The position numbers and the translations under genes are program-made. The notes below the pieces were generated by a model. That model saw only the letters and a program-made list of their open reading frames with translations, ran no database searches and was not told where the DNA came from. A stretch of 52,015 nucleotides of DNA from Tubiluchus corallicola (lineage: Eukaryota; Animalia; Priapulida): assembly GCA_030141605.1 (NCBI GenBank), contig JAQGDQ010000607.1, positions 1 to 52,015 of the forward strand, given 5' to 3'. Shown one piece after another: positions 36,308-49,181 of the stretch (positions within the stretch are counted from its first letter, which is position 1; every line of letters begins with the position of its first letter).

Positions 36308-38342
36308 AAAATGTATACTAAACTCACACACTCCAAAAAGAAAATGCTGAGAAAAATTCCGGGTATTTTAAAATAAAAAAACTATATTAAATTTCCAGAC
36401 ACACTTCCGATGAAAATAGATATAACAGCTGAATAAAGAAAGGCACCATAACAACTAGTAAACAGCATAACAACATTCTTGTTTTTTTAAATCGTTACCA
36501 TGTAAGGCACATTGATTAATAATTACGAAGCGAAAATATAGATTCTTTAAAAACATTACAGATATTTTCATACAACAAAACCCCTTCTTAGTTTGCAAGC
36601 CCGAGTAGGTGTGATGTTACATTTCTGGGTGATTTATTAATTTACTATACTTGTTTGAAAATTTTTAACAAACATTGAATATAATTTAATTGAATATAAG
36701 TGGACTTCAGTAGGGTTTGCAACTGAAACTAGTGGTTGGACACCTGTCATATTTCTATCAGCAGACGAACAACTAATCAATAATCAGAAATCAGTTCTAC
36801 TGTTTCTGTCGGTCTTAAGTTTACTAAGCACTAAACTTCATGCGAAAAATATGAAACTGATTCAATAATCAGTTACAATCATTTTCGTGTTTTTTCTGCT
36901 ATTTTGTGAGAAGGCAGGTACACGAAAAACAGGTGTCGTAACAAGCCTTTGCATCTAAACGGCAAGGTCAGCACACTAAGATATTACGTAAATGTAGTAC
37001 CTCGTTACTTGATTTTAACCCAACTTGGTCGTGTGATTTCTTTTGTATTTTTCACAAAATAAGTGCAAATGACACCGGTAATACAATTGATTCGCACCAG
37101 CTGATGAAAAAATAATCGATAATCAAAAATAAAAGGCCCAAAATTGATTAATCGGTCATACTGTTACTTAGCTTACCAAGTGCCAAAATAGCAATCTTTA
37201 TCATTTGACAGCTTTATAATTCTCAGTCCATTCGGGGGAAAATACTACTCTGTGTTTTATGTAATAACGCGTCAGTATGGTTACAGAATGTATCAACAAA
37301 TGAACAAAGAAACTACTAAAGTATCTAGAAGGCTAATAGACAGTCATTTTAGACATTCATTCTCGTAAGAAAATCATGTAGCGAAATAGCCGAGGAAATA
37401 TAGGCCCATTCGCATATTTGGAGACAAATTGGATAGAAATGATATATGAACTGGCAATCAAGTATCCGATGAAGATACAAAATCTGCAGGTACTTTTAAT
37501 AACAATAAATTAATAAAAACGTACGAAGCAAAGTTTTGTAACTAGCTGCTGAATCGTGCAAATACGGAGCTTAACACTATATACAGTGTCTTCACTCAAT
37601 GTAAAAATCGATAACGCATGCGTGGTGCTAACGCTTTGAGCGGGTAAGCCATAGATAATAATTCTATGGCAAAGAGAAGATAAAGTTGTTGTTATAGCAA
37701 CGTCATAGATATGAGGAACACATTGTACTTTTTTACCCGCTAGCCGGTGCATCCACTTAATACAAAAATCGATAGCGCATACATGGTGCTAACACTTTAA
37801 CAGCTAAACCACAGGTAGTATTAATATGGCAAGCAGAAGATAGCGTTATCGTTATCGCAACATCATATATACGAAGAATGAATTGTACTTTTTTACCCGC
37901 TAACTGTTGGATGGTGCAGCGTGTCACGTGTTTGCACCTCTCAGGCAGAGATAATTCTCCAATTATAGTGTTATTCTCAGTGGTACAGTTTACAGAAACA
38001 AAGCTGTCACCATTTTTTGCGGACTTGTCATGGAAACGGATACTAGATCTCTCTTGGAACCCACGTGATCCTCCATGATTAAACAATGTATTAGCATTCT
38101 AGATGCTTTAGTATTGTACACTTCATTAGTATCAATAAACTTCATTGTTCACAACAATGGCTTTTTTAATGCTTTTAGTAAACACATTGAAGTTTTCCAG
38201 CTTTGATTAAAATTCACAAATCTTGAACAAACCACAGAAAATGCAAAATCAATATTGATATTAAAAACTGAGAAATATTGGCTCAACAAAAGTCAACTTT
38301 AACATCTACGTATAAAAATGTATACAAAAAAATCAAATAACA

Positions 38343-38549
38343 TCATAGTTCATCTTTTGATTTGCTTTTTTGTTCTGCCTCTTGCTGCAGCATGAATCCA
38401 ACGATGTCCTCTGTCGTTCGGGAGAGAGCGTAGTCAGACGACAGGGCGCCATTTTTGAAATATTTTAGCGTGGGAAAACCTTTAATATCATGTTTGCTAC
38501 TGAGTTCATTTTCAACTGTAGCATCTACGACTGCCAATACTCCCAATGC
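38343..38549 (-). CDS. PDIA5: PDIA5-like last exon (ALGVLAVVDAT...GFPTLKYF...KSKSKDEL*)
   Basis: Acceptor ctatag; ends in the ER-retrieval signal KDEL and TGA. Confidence 0.93.
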   Translation of the reverse strand, partial: ALGVLAVVDATVENELSSKHDIKGFPTLKYFKNGALSSDYALSRTTEDIVGFMLQQEAEQKSKSKDEL

Positions 38550-38652
38550 CTATAGATAATAAAATGCAATAAATATAACGTACATCAATATTCAATAATA
38601 ACTAAATTTCATACATATATAAGATACTAAATGTATGTAAGACACTAAGATA

Positions 38653-39152
38653 CCGTCAACCTCGGGTATAACGCAGTCAATTATATGGGACACTCGCTTA
38701 TAAGGGACCACCAACACCGGTTCCGATTTTTCGTAATGTTTTTCTTATGTAAAAATCTTCATATATAAGATATTCGGATATAAGGGACTTACGGTTATAA
38801 GGGGCGATATCATCTTCAGGTCCCGCATAATAGAAACCCAGGTAAATTACCTTGCATATAAGGGATCCTATGATCAAAGTGAAATTGATCGATTTTTAAC
38901 CTCAATTTTTTGCAAACTCCGCATTCAAACAGCTCGAATTCCGCGGTCACATAATCTCGCATTACTGAAGGAGGTTCCCACATACCGTTTGCACTGAATG
39001 TGTAGCAATAATCCACAAAAATATGTGTGAAAGTGTAGAAGAGTACAAATCTAGATTCACCCTCGGTCTGACTCAAATTCGGCTATAAGGATATCAGATA
39101 TAAGGGACGATTTTTACCGGACCCGAGGTGTCCCTTACATCTGAGGTTAACT
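38653..39152. mobile_element. Tc1/mariner-superfamily MITE (degenerate)
   Basis: TA|CCGTCAACCTCGG...TGAGGTTAACTA|TA with internal ATAAGGGAC subterminal repeats. Confidence 0.6.
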
Positions 39153-39317
39153 ATATAGTTTAGGGTGTAAGTCTATTTTTATAACAGTATTTTAGTAGTA
39201 CCGGCAATACAGCACCAACAGTATGATGTCTAGCCCAAGTGTAAAATCGAGTAAATACTAAGTGACTTTGGAGATGCTCTTCATTTAAAGGAAAAGCCAA
39301 GACTCTCGGGGCGTATT

Positions 39318-39685
39318 TGTTGTGTTTCTCTCGGAAGGCTCGCAGAGAAAACCAGAAAACACTTCATCAAATTAAACTAGTTTATTAAGCGAGAATTCTA
39401 CAACACAAAAGTATGAAGGAATATGAAATGATTACAGTAAACGTGAAAATCTGGAAAACGTTTGAGTGTATCTGAAAATACAACTATACAAGAAAATGTG
39501 TAAGTGGCGTCCGTGTGAATCCGTGTGTGCTCCTGTCTCAGCGGCCTGCTTCGCCTTATATGGTGCGCCCGAGAAGCTTCCAGAAGTTTTGTTCCAGAAC
39601 ATTCCACACGGTAAGACGATTATTCTGATGGAACGTTCTACAATGTTCTATTTAATTCTAATAGATGCCAGCTATCTCCAGAACA
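39318..39685 (-). mobile_element. Solo LTR, same family
   Basis: Diverged reverse complement of 21758-22130; 5-bp TSD GTATT. Confidence 0.9.
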
Positions 39686-41068
39686 GTATTTTATAATTTG
39701 AGAAAAATATTAAGAGTTTTCAGCAATAAAATCGCGATAAACTCATGAGTAGTAAAATCAATTTAATGTTGCGACCACTTCATTCGTGGGCAAGCTCATT
39801 TTGAAAGAAAAATGATGTCATTAGTTACAGTGCTTATCAACACTTATGCCACCCAGACGCTTGATCAAACTTCTTGGCAGCTCAAGTCAAAGTTATCAAT
39901 TATGAACAATTCAAAGCAAAAGAGTACTGAAACCTATTTTTTGCTTTTTGATTCGTCCCATTGCCCACTATGTAATGAAAAATAGTTACCGATGATGGCA
40001 CAGTAACCTCGAAATTCGGGTAGCAGTTAGAAGTTTGATGCACTTGACACAGCACTGTGAGCACAGTGTGTGGATGTAAGCAGCTTAAAACTATTGTTAA
40101 TTAATTCGATGACTAATTTTCAGATAAACATAGTTAAAGGAAAACTGGATGATGTGTAAACACGAGTTCAGAATAAAGAATGCTCTAAAATATTGAAAAC
40201 TACAATAGCTTTTTTTAAACCAAAGCTTAGATTAAATAATATTTACCTCGGATACTCAATTTCATTAAACTTTCAAAGCTACGCATGGCTCAGTGAATCT
40301 ACTAGGATTGGCAATGCTGCCTTTTTGTCACATGCACATGGCCGACAAATAGAAGGCGGTACCATGATAACCGTGACCATAAACTACAGTGTTAGTTTCT
40401 GACGTCATATAATGTAGAGCCCATTTTCGTGACATCACACATTTAAGCAGTACTGTAACACTTTTGCAAACGTGCTCAACTCGCAAGGGAAGACGCCTGC
40501 CATTGCACTAACTGTGGTTAGTTTCTGACGTAAGCAATAGTTGTGTTCGGTTGCCATTAATTAACTTTCTAAGCTAATCATTCAAATATAAGATACAATT
40601 GCTATTTTGTACTCGACCAACCGCCAAACATGTTATGAACACATGCGCGGCGAGTCGAGTAGAGCCGAGCGTAACCGACCGCGCCCGAGAGTAGTCACAC
40701 ATGTGTTTCTGCTCTTTCTTACGTATACCATCAAACTGCTACCAACACCTAATGTTTTTCATGCAGTAATAATCATGTTTTTCTTTCTAAGGAATTCTAT
40801 TATGTTTTTCTTATCAGTAATATCACATCTACTGTTTAGATAAACATTTTTACATCATTATATTTCATTTTAGTAATACTTTACACTTCATTTGGCACCT
40901 GAGAATGGATTATTTGCTTTTACATTATTTCTTATGGGAATAAATGATTTGGTTCTCAACCAAATCGGTTTTCAAACACTTTTTAAGAACGAATTATGGT
41001 CGAAAACAGAGGCGTGACTGTAGCCCTTCGCTTAGAGAGGGTTATTTGAAAAAGTAAACGTGACTTAC

Positions 41069-41136
41069 ACCCAAGTTCTTCAACTGGTTTGCTGCAGCAG
41101 CATATGCAGGCTTCATTTTCTTACAATGTCCACACC
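41069..41136 (-). CDS. PDIA5: PDIA5-like exon (WCGHCKKMKPAYAAAANQLKNLG)
   Basis: Acceptor tttttctag, donor GGT|gtaagt; third WCGHC in the window. Confidence 0.9.
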
Positions 41137-41277
41137 CTAGAAAAATGCAAAAGTAATTCAATTTGTATTACATATAATATATAATCGTATATATTAATTC
41201 TACTGGTATGTTATATATTTATTATGTCTATATCTATTTATTTATTATATATTTATTATATATTATTGTCTATTATA

Positions 41278-41705
41278 TAGTCATTTGCAAAAGTTTAAGA
41301 ACAAGCTCGAGTTTTCGGGTTTTTCATCATACTGTACCCTGATTGCATCAGATTCTTTGTTGATTGCATCATACTGTTAGTGGTCAGACAGGCAGCCATT
41401 AAGTGCTGAAGACTTGCGAAGAGTTATCAACGACATTTGGGTTAAAGAAATTACTTCTGAGTCCTGCCAAGACCTAATTTCCAGTATGCCTCTTAGAATG
41501 AAGGCAGTGACAACTTCGGCGGCCATACAAAGTACTAAAATGTTCAAGGACTGTGACTATTTTTGGATAAAAACATACAAACTATGCTGTAGTATATTTT
41601 CCTAGAAGAATAAATGAATACTTTTTAGATGGAACCGTGTTAAACGATGGTTTTGTCAATTTTCATGAAAAAATCACTTTGGACTTAAACTTTTGCAAAT
41701 GATTG
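41278..41705 (+). mobile_element. Tc1-derived MITE, copy 3
   Basis: Same TIRs and internal sequence as copy 1. Confidence 0.9.
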
Positions 41706-41973
41706 TACATAATAATGATGATACCCATTGAAAAATGCTTCATTTTTCTGAACAAAACTGCATAAAACACGTAATAAATTTACCAAGAACGCACAAAAAT
41801 GATCTTGACACAAAAATGTGATCTCTACAAAGCTTAAAAACCCATCTTAATGTGTTTACGGGACAATACTCATCATAACAAAATTAAGTGTAGAAAATGA
41901 AATTTCTCAATATCCAGCAAGTTAATCAGGCAGAATAATGAAACTTCTGATTTCACTATTTGCAATTACATTT

Positions 41974-42507
41974 CAGGGATGAGAATGACAAATTGAAAAC
42001 AACTCTAAAACAGGCCTGGGGTTTTGGGGCTGCCTAGGCCCCTAATGGGGTTGAGGGGCAAAGTCCCCATGGGGGTTCAAGGGGGCGAAGCAACAAATTG
42101 CAATTTTGTAACCACAGAGAGTCTCTAAGTGGACTTAAAATATCAATTACCTTGTTTCATGCATAATTTAAAATACCTAACTATCAAGGATACATGATAC
42201 CTACTTGTCTCAAAAACGGTTAAGTACAGGCCACTCCTATGCAAAAGTATATAAAAACTGTCTGCAATTGACTCAAATAAGTCTGCACAATTGATTCTAT
42301 ATTTTTATAAATAGAGATATACAAGTGGTTAAACTGATGTACGTGATGTAAACAAAGTGATGGTCTACCAACTAGCGGTCAGCTTGAGAAATAACGTACT
42401 GGGTCCGTAAAAATTTTCTCAACGAATTTGCGCGATTTACAAAAATGGCACTACTGGTCTTCCAAAAACTCAGAATTCCGCGTTTTCGCGGAAAATTGTC
42501 ATCCCTG
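41974..42507. mobile_element. hAT-like MITE (TIR CAGGGATGAGA), copy B
   Basis: Collinear with 35799-36307. Confidence 0.75.
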
Positions 42508-42551
42508 ATTTTTATTATGTTTATTTACAGATTTATGTAGAAGAGACTTAC

Positions 42552-42744
42552 ATGGCGCATAAAACATGACTAACGTTGACGGATGCTCCGAGACGAAGGT
42601 GTGAAAATTCTTCGTTGTTAGCTGATTTACAGCCTCGGCACCTTCAATGTTTGTCCAGAAGTCCTCGTCCTCGGGCGGCGGAGGCGGAGGAGCCGTCGCC
42701 ATAGGATTGCTGGGATCATTCATAAAGTATACAAAATCTTGTTC
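42552..42744 (-). CDS. PDIA5: PDIA5-like exon (EQDFVYFMNDP...PPPPPPEDEDFW...LVMFYAP)
   Basis: Acceptor ttacag, donor T|gtaagt; phase 0 to phase 1. Confidence 0.9.
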
Positions 42745-43946
42745 CTGTAAGATAATTGCCACTAAAAGCTCGACGATTAACTTGATACTTGATATCAAGA
42801 CAGACTAGAAAATAACATGGCGTTATTTATAAATTAGCATTTCTTGCAAATTTTGCTCCAGCCACATGATAATTTTAAAATAAACAGACTATAACTCATT
42901 GATTAAAAACTTAATTAACGACGTGCGAGCACAACTAGTGATGGCATCACAAACTAACATAATTTTCAACAGCAAAAATATTCCACAAGCGTTTTGTACG
43001 TGTTTGTGAAAGAGAAAATTGAAGTACAGTGCTGCTGTAACGTGCTGTACTAAACCTAGGCAAATTTGCCTATACATACATACACATATACATACATATG
43101 TATGTATATATTCGGCTTGTATGTAAGCGTCGTGTACAATATCATCGTTATATATTTATATAATTCTACACTGATGTGAGATAATATATTAATATAGATA
43201 ACTGGCTATCGTTATCGAAAAAATTGAATTTGACGCCAAACAGCTTTAAAAAAGGGAGAGAGCCTATCCTGATCGTGCACTGTTAACACTAATTTATGTC
43301 TAATTTATTGCAGTAAGAAAGGATGCACTACGCTTAAAACCTTAGTGGGTATAGATTCATTTGCTCTTACCTGTGATTTTGCATTAATTGTGCTGTGAAA
43401 ATAATCCAGTCAAACATAGTCATTAGAGAAGCATAATGAACGATTTGTATACATTGTGGCCACACTAATAATACACTTTATTAACAAATTTAACTGTTAC
43501 ACTTTACATTACGTTACAAATCATAAAAAAAATAATCACATAATTCACAGCATTTTAAATAATCTCACACTTATAGGTTTATATAAAAAACAAGAAAAAG
43601 GGGACAACCCTAGGTGGTACCTGCTGATGGGTGGTCACCAATCAGCAGTGACACTCACTTTTTATAGGCAAGGTTAACTAAACGCATGGCTACACATGCA
43701 TGAACGAAGCATACGATCTAAATAATATCGTAAGGTCACCAAAGAAGCCAGGCTTGGCTTAAAGCGGATTTTCTGACAGGTATTACACGCCAACATTCCA
43801 AGCAGATAAACAATTTCCAACAAAGCAACTTATTTCTTAAGGTGCAGCACAAATGAAAGCACCACGTCATAGAACAAAACTGCTGTCTTAATAAGTCCCA
43901 ATTTCACACGGAAAAACAGTTTGAAAATGTTTTTGCCAAACTGTTT

Positions 43947-44382
43947 CAAGGTTCCCACAGAATTTTGAAAGAAATTTTCCTGACTTTAAGCAGAAATAGT
44001 ACTACCAGCATACATATTCAAAAATTTTAGAGTATGATTATTCATACATATACTAATATATAATGTGTCAGCACAGCTACAGTAGTGCTAACGAAATTAT
44101 ACTAATCACATTAAATAAACTTTCTTAATCCAATCATTATTTTTGGAACAGAAACCAAAACTGGCAGCCTGTCTTACCAAAATTTTATTTAAACACGAAT
44201 CACTGAAAAATGTGTTTGGAAAAATATCGGTTCACAGTGATTATTTTTGCAACCCTTTCCAATTTCCCGGACTTTTTGCCCCGTTTTCATCATTTGACCC
44301 GAATTATCTTTTCCATGACTTTCCAGAATAGCCTGTATTTTCAAGGATTTTCCAGGAATTTCCCTGACCGTGGGAACCCGTG
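43947..44382. mobile_element. Probable MITE (CA.GGTTCCCAC termini)
   Basis: caaggttcccac ... gtgggaacccgtg imperfect inverted ends. Confidence 0.45.
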
Positions 44383-44556
44383 TTTTCAAAATTGTTTAAG
44401 TTCATAACTCCTTCAGTACCAATGTATTGTATTGTGTACTCGTGTCAAATACCACACGTCGTAGGTCACGGGTCATAGGTCATAGGTCGCTCGCTGTCAC
44501 CAACAAACTTCAGTCTATTGTATTATATACACTACACATAATTTAGAGATAATATT

Positions 44557-45110
44557 TACGTGTGGTTGGCATCCTTCTGTCTCGGAAGACAATGGAGTGT
44601 GCACCATGAGAGTCAGTTATCGATCACATTGATGGAGCTGCAGCGTCGACTGTGGCTCAGCAGTCCGATCCTTGAACCACTGGAGTGGCCTCTCTAGGGC
44701 GCACGCCTGGGCAAGGTGTATGGAGATCCTGAGTTGCCCAGACAACAGGAACCCCCTCTCTTCCTCCCTGGTGTAGTCCAAAGGAAAGCGGAGCGATACG
44801 TTTGGCACCAGGTTGGCTGCAGGAGCTGCCGGAGTCAGTGAGCATGCTGCACTGGTCCACCTTCGGGGCTCCACTCCTGATTTGGAAGGTTTACTCCTCT
44901 TCACATGGCCATTGGGTCACTTGACCTCCTCTGCCCTCTAGCCGTTGGCTGCTTGTGCAGCTCCTCTGCCTAGTGTCGAGATACAGTGTGGGCATCCGGC
45001 AAGCCTACAGCACCTGGCATTCCTAGGAGGTCACCCATCCAAGTACTAACCAGGCTCTATGTTTCTTAACTTTGGTGAACCGGTGTTTTCAACATTATTT
45101 GGCCGTAGTT
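44557..45110 (-). mobile_element. 5S rRNA-derived SINE with RTE-derived 3' tail, near full length
   Basis: 5S head at 45001-45110; shared body; the 3' end translates as SHSRRCS and SIVFRDRRMPT, typical of RTE ORF C-termini. Confidence 0.85.
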
Positions 45111-45237
45111 AATAGTTACATACAATCTCACTAATTAGGTTAATGCTAACTCTTTCATCAAATAGAACTAGTTTCTATTACAGAAAAATAAAAGATATGT
45201 ATAAATATTATAAACAAATGAACATAGAAAACAAGTG

Positions 45238-45893
45238 CGTGCTTGCAAACTAAAACCGTCCATAAGTCGGAACAGTTAAAACTACGTTATGATGCTTCAA
45301 AGCAGAATGACCCAAAAATTCGGTCAAGTGTTAATTTTTAGTTTTTTTATAAAAAGGAATGCAGTATATACTGGACTTTTATGTTCTAGCATGAAATTAT
45401 GAAGAAAATGTTCAAAAATACTAAAAATTTGATTTTATAACTCCGTACCCATTTTTCTGGCTGCAATTGTAAAAAATCCACCCCAAGACGAGTTATTTTC
45501 AAACTCCGATAGTAGCTCGTGGAAGCTGTCAGTTTGCTTCGCATTTTTTCTCTTGCCCACCCCAGATCTTCAGCAGGAAGAGCCATCTACTGGATTTAAA
45601 CGTAACTTCAGTGTGCTCTTGGAAAGTCTGTAGCAGTCACACTTTCGTACGGTTGCTAAGTGTTTTGTAGAAACGTGACAAAAAACAATGCATGACTTTA
45701 ATACAATTTTTCTCAAGATTATATTTTTCAGTGTGCAGCCTGCACCACAACTTCAACGTGGATTATCTCAGCTTAGAAATAACATAGGGTGATGAACTTG
45801 GTATCAAAATGATCCTCATGAAATGCAGATTCAGGATATGTGACTAACTAGAGAGCCTTAGTTGCCGACTTATGGACGATTTTGCTAGGCAAA
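45238..45893. mobile_element. Non-autonomous TIR element (second copy at about 48510-49150)
   Basis: AAAACCGTCCATAAGTCGG near the left end and CCGACTTATGGACGATTTT near the right end; two collinear copies. Confidence 0.7.
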
Positions 45894-45956
45894 CAGACAA
45901 TTATTGTCTTAGAGAAGCATTCACTATTACGCAAAGCTCGTGACGGCTAAACTCAC

Positions 45957-46085
45957 CTCTCTTTTACCCATGTAATCTTGCACAGTTTTTAAGTAGCTGA
46001 AGTACTTGATAGTTGGATAACCCGTGATTTCGTACTCTTTACATGTATCCAAGTTAACCGTGCAGTCGACACCAACAAACGCCAC
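45957..46085 (-). CDS. PDIA5: PDIA5-like exon (VAFVGVDCT...GYPTIKYFSYLK...GKRE)
   Basis: Acceptor ccag, donor GAG|gtgagt; 43 codons. Confidence 0.9.
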
Positions 46086-46136
46086 CTGGTTACAAATATA
46101 ACAAGACATTAAACTCAGCAAGCACTAAGAAGCGAC

Positions 46137-47272
46137 TAGGGCCTACGATTTCCTGCAGTTGCAGAAAATGGGACAGAATTCACGAAAATGGGCAGCTGAA
46201 ACAGAAATAACTATGAAAAATGGAATTGGCCGAATTTCTGACTTTTCTGCAAATTTAAAGACGGAATTTTCTTCGCTTGTTACTTTCCGGAAAAATTAAG
46301 CGTTTTTTTAGCCTTTTGCGCCTCTAATGGAAGTTCTTCCCCGAGTTTTATTTTTTGAGCAACTTGCGTTCCTACTTTCACTCTGTTTTTGCCTTTGCCA
46401 CGAGAAATATGAGAGATCTTTAGTGTGAGCCATACGTTTGCGGAAAGGTTTCCCCTATTCACACAAACACGATTTGACAATGTCTATGTGTCTATATGAT
46501 TTCAACGTGTCTTATTTGAAACTGTATTTCTGTATAACTCTGAGCTCTGGACATTAAAAGCAAATCGTAAAGCTGAAATTACAGAAACATTTTGGGTATT
46601 AGATGGCCAAAGAAAATTTCAAACAAAGATCTATATGAAAAAATAAAAGAAGAACCTTGGACAAGAAAAATAAAAAGACGCCGTTTAAGATGGATTGGGC
46701 ATATGCTTAGACTACCTGATGACGTTCCAGTGAAGATAGCTCCTCAACAAGCCGTAGAACCAGCTAAAAAACCTGCAGGAGGACAAATGTTAACATATTT
46801 AGATTTTGCACAGAAAGATTTAAACACTTCAGCATTGATCCTTAGAAGTAAATGTACTTGGGGCATTACGGCAAGCAGGGAGTCCTGGCATAGGGAGGTT
46901 AACAGAATCATGTCCCTGGACGTATGATTCATTGGATGATGATGATGATGTTAAGCGTGTGATAGCTAGCCAGGGAATTTTTCAATGATTTGCACGAATT
47001 TCATGTATCTTCCTGTAAATTTTGTGCGTGAATTAAATGTTTAAATTCTTATTTTATCATAGCCGAATATAAATACCCGACAGACTACATACTCAATTCA
47101 CATAAAAATTTCTTTTTTAAATCACAATCTATTGCACATCACATAATTTGATGATAAACATTAGTTATAGGGCGATGTAGCTTCTAATTCATGTAAAGCG
47201 GAATTGCAACAGAATTGACGATTCTTTGAAACGGAATTCGGTCAATTTTGATACGGAAAATCGGAGGCCCTA
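46137..47272. mobile_element. TIR element (TAGGGCCT.CGATTT termini) hosting the RTE fragment
   Basis: 15-bp near-perfect inverted termini; no TSD recognised. Confidence 0.55.
46520..46950 (+). mobile_element. RTE-like LINE 3' fragment with (GAT)n tail, nested in a TIR element
   Basis: LYNSELWTL...GIRWPKKISNKDLY...IKRRRLRWIGHMLRLP; tail gatgatgatgatg. Confidence 0.85.
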
Positions 47273-48008
47273 AACTGTCGCAGATGCATGCATTTAATTT
47301 ACAGTTTATTAACAATTTTGATTTGTAATTTTAAACTTTTGTTTTTCACTACCACTAAGGCAGTGCTGACATCTGTTTGTACACTTTGAAGTTTTCAATA
47401 TATGTATGTACTTGCTACTGCTATGTGTTTGTATGGAACTGGGTCACTTGGCTTCTCTGTGAATAACTACCACTCTTGACTTGGTAGCAAGATGAGAGGA
47501 CAATCAATAGGCTTAAACAGTGGTTTTGGTGATTATAATGTTGAGACTCAGGTGCCATAATATATTGGCTGATGTATTTACTCTAACTTTTGTTTACTAC
47601 TGTTGATTATGTTTACCATTTTCGTGTATATGTGGATTGACTGTGAGACTATGATTTCGAGTAAAATACAGATCACAAAATTAAACCATGTTTTCATCCA
47701 GTGATTTCATATGTTTAACACAAACATCGCAACTACAAAAACAGTCTGATAAACCAGCCAATGTCGGTTGTTGGCTCTCCCCAAAACACCCCAGCAACAA
47801 CTTTAGCACATAAACAAATGGGGCACGACATAAACAAATGTCGTGCCCCATTTTAGTCAAAATGAAATTTTCATTTTGACTAAAATACTAATATATTTAT
47901 TGATTTACATTTACTAAGCACAGAGCTCATTTTTCGTATCACAATACAGCAAACAAATTATGAAGCTTTTAAAAAGCGACTGATAAAGAAAACACAAGGA
48001 AGCCATAC

Positions 48009-48079
48009 CTTAGGATTTTCTTTGAACTGTTCAGCAGCTGCCTGAAACTCTGGCTTTGCTTTTTTACAATGTCCACACC
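48009..48079 (-). CDS. PDIA5: PDIA5-like exon (WCGHCKKAKPEFQAAAEQFKENPK)
   Basis: Acceptor tatttag, donor AAG|gtatgg; completes the WCGHC codon split in phase 1. Confidence 0.92.
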
Positions 48080-49181
48080 CTAAATATAGAATTAACTAGA
48101 ATAAAGGTACACACATATATATATATAATTATATATATATGCTTCATTGTTAATGCCGCTGATACATGTCTATGTAAAAGATACATTTGCAGCAGAGGTG
48201 CAGACTCATTTTTAGACATGAAATCACTATGACGACATCACTATTTTGACATTTGCTGATTTTGTGACATTGACCTTTGACCGTTAAAACTAAAAGCAAC
48301 GTGTTCCAGCTGTTGTCCAAACTCATTCTTGTGTCAAGTTCGGGGATTTTAGCTTCGAGCCATTTTCAATCATTTTGCAGGCGTTATTTGTTCTTTTGAT
48401 CTTGACCTTCGACATTTTAAACAAAAATCAATATGTGTTTTCAGCTTCTTGACCTTTGACATTTTAACCCAAAATCAATGTGTCTCCAGCTCCTTGACCT
48501 TTGACATATGTGTGCTTGCAAACCAAAACCGTCCATAAGTCGGCATAGTTAAAACTACGTTATGCTGCTTCAAAGTAGAATGACCCAAAAACTTGGTCAA
48601 ATATCAATTTTTTATTTTTTTGTAAAACCAACGCTAAATATATTGAACTTTTATATTCTAACATCAAATTATCAATAAAAGGCCAAAAAAATACTAAAAA
48701 TTTAATTTTATAACCCCGTACCCACTTTTCTGTCAGGAAACTAGTAATGCAATTATAAAATTTCCAAGTCATGGAAGCAGTCATTTTGCATCAGGTTTTT
48801 TCCGTTGCTAAGCCCAAATGTTCGTCACGAAGAGCCATCTACAGGATTTAAATGTAACTTCAATGTGCTCTTGCAAAGTCCGTAGCAACCAACATTTGTG
48901 CAGTTGCTAAGTGTTTTGTAGAAACCCAACAAAAACAATGACTAACTTTAACAGTGATTTTCTCAAGATTATGCTTTTCAGTGTGCAGCCTGCACCTCAA
49001 CTTCAACGTGGATTATCTCAGCTTAGAAATAACACAGAGTGATGAACTCGGTATCGAAATGATCCTCATGAAATGGAGATTCAGGATGTAAATAACTAGA
49101 AAAACTTAATTGCCGACGTCATGAAATGGATGATTTTGATATGCAAGCACAAAAATAATGAGGTAAAACCGGTATACTTAC

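Larger units (their letters stand above)
33915..37483 (-). pseudogene. Possible decayed IgGFc-binding (FCGBP N-terminal-like) domain gene
   Basis: Collinear peptide fragments after AG acceptors: 37483 (SSDT*LPVHISFLSN), 34571-34272 (CPLQPL...RGTQFSLP...IFIVVAS) and 34125-33915 (SYYFVCNNAALVPQ...DVPPANY). Resemblance judged by eye only. Confidence 0.3.
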
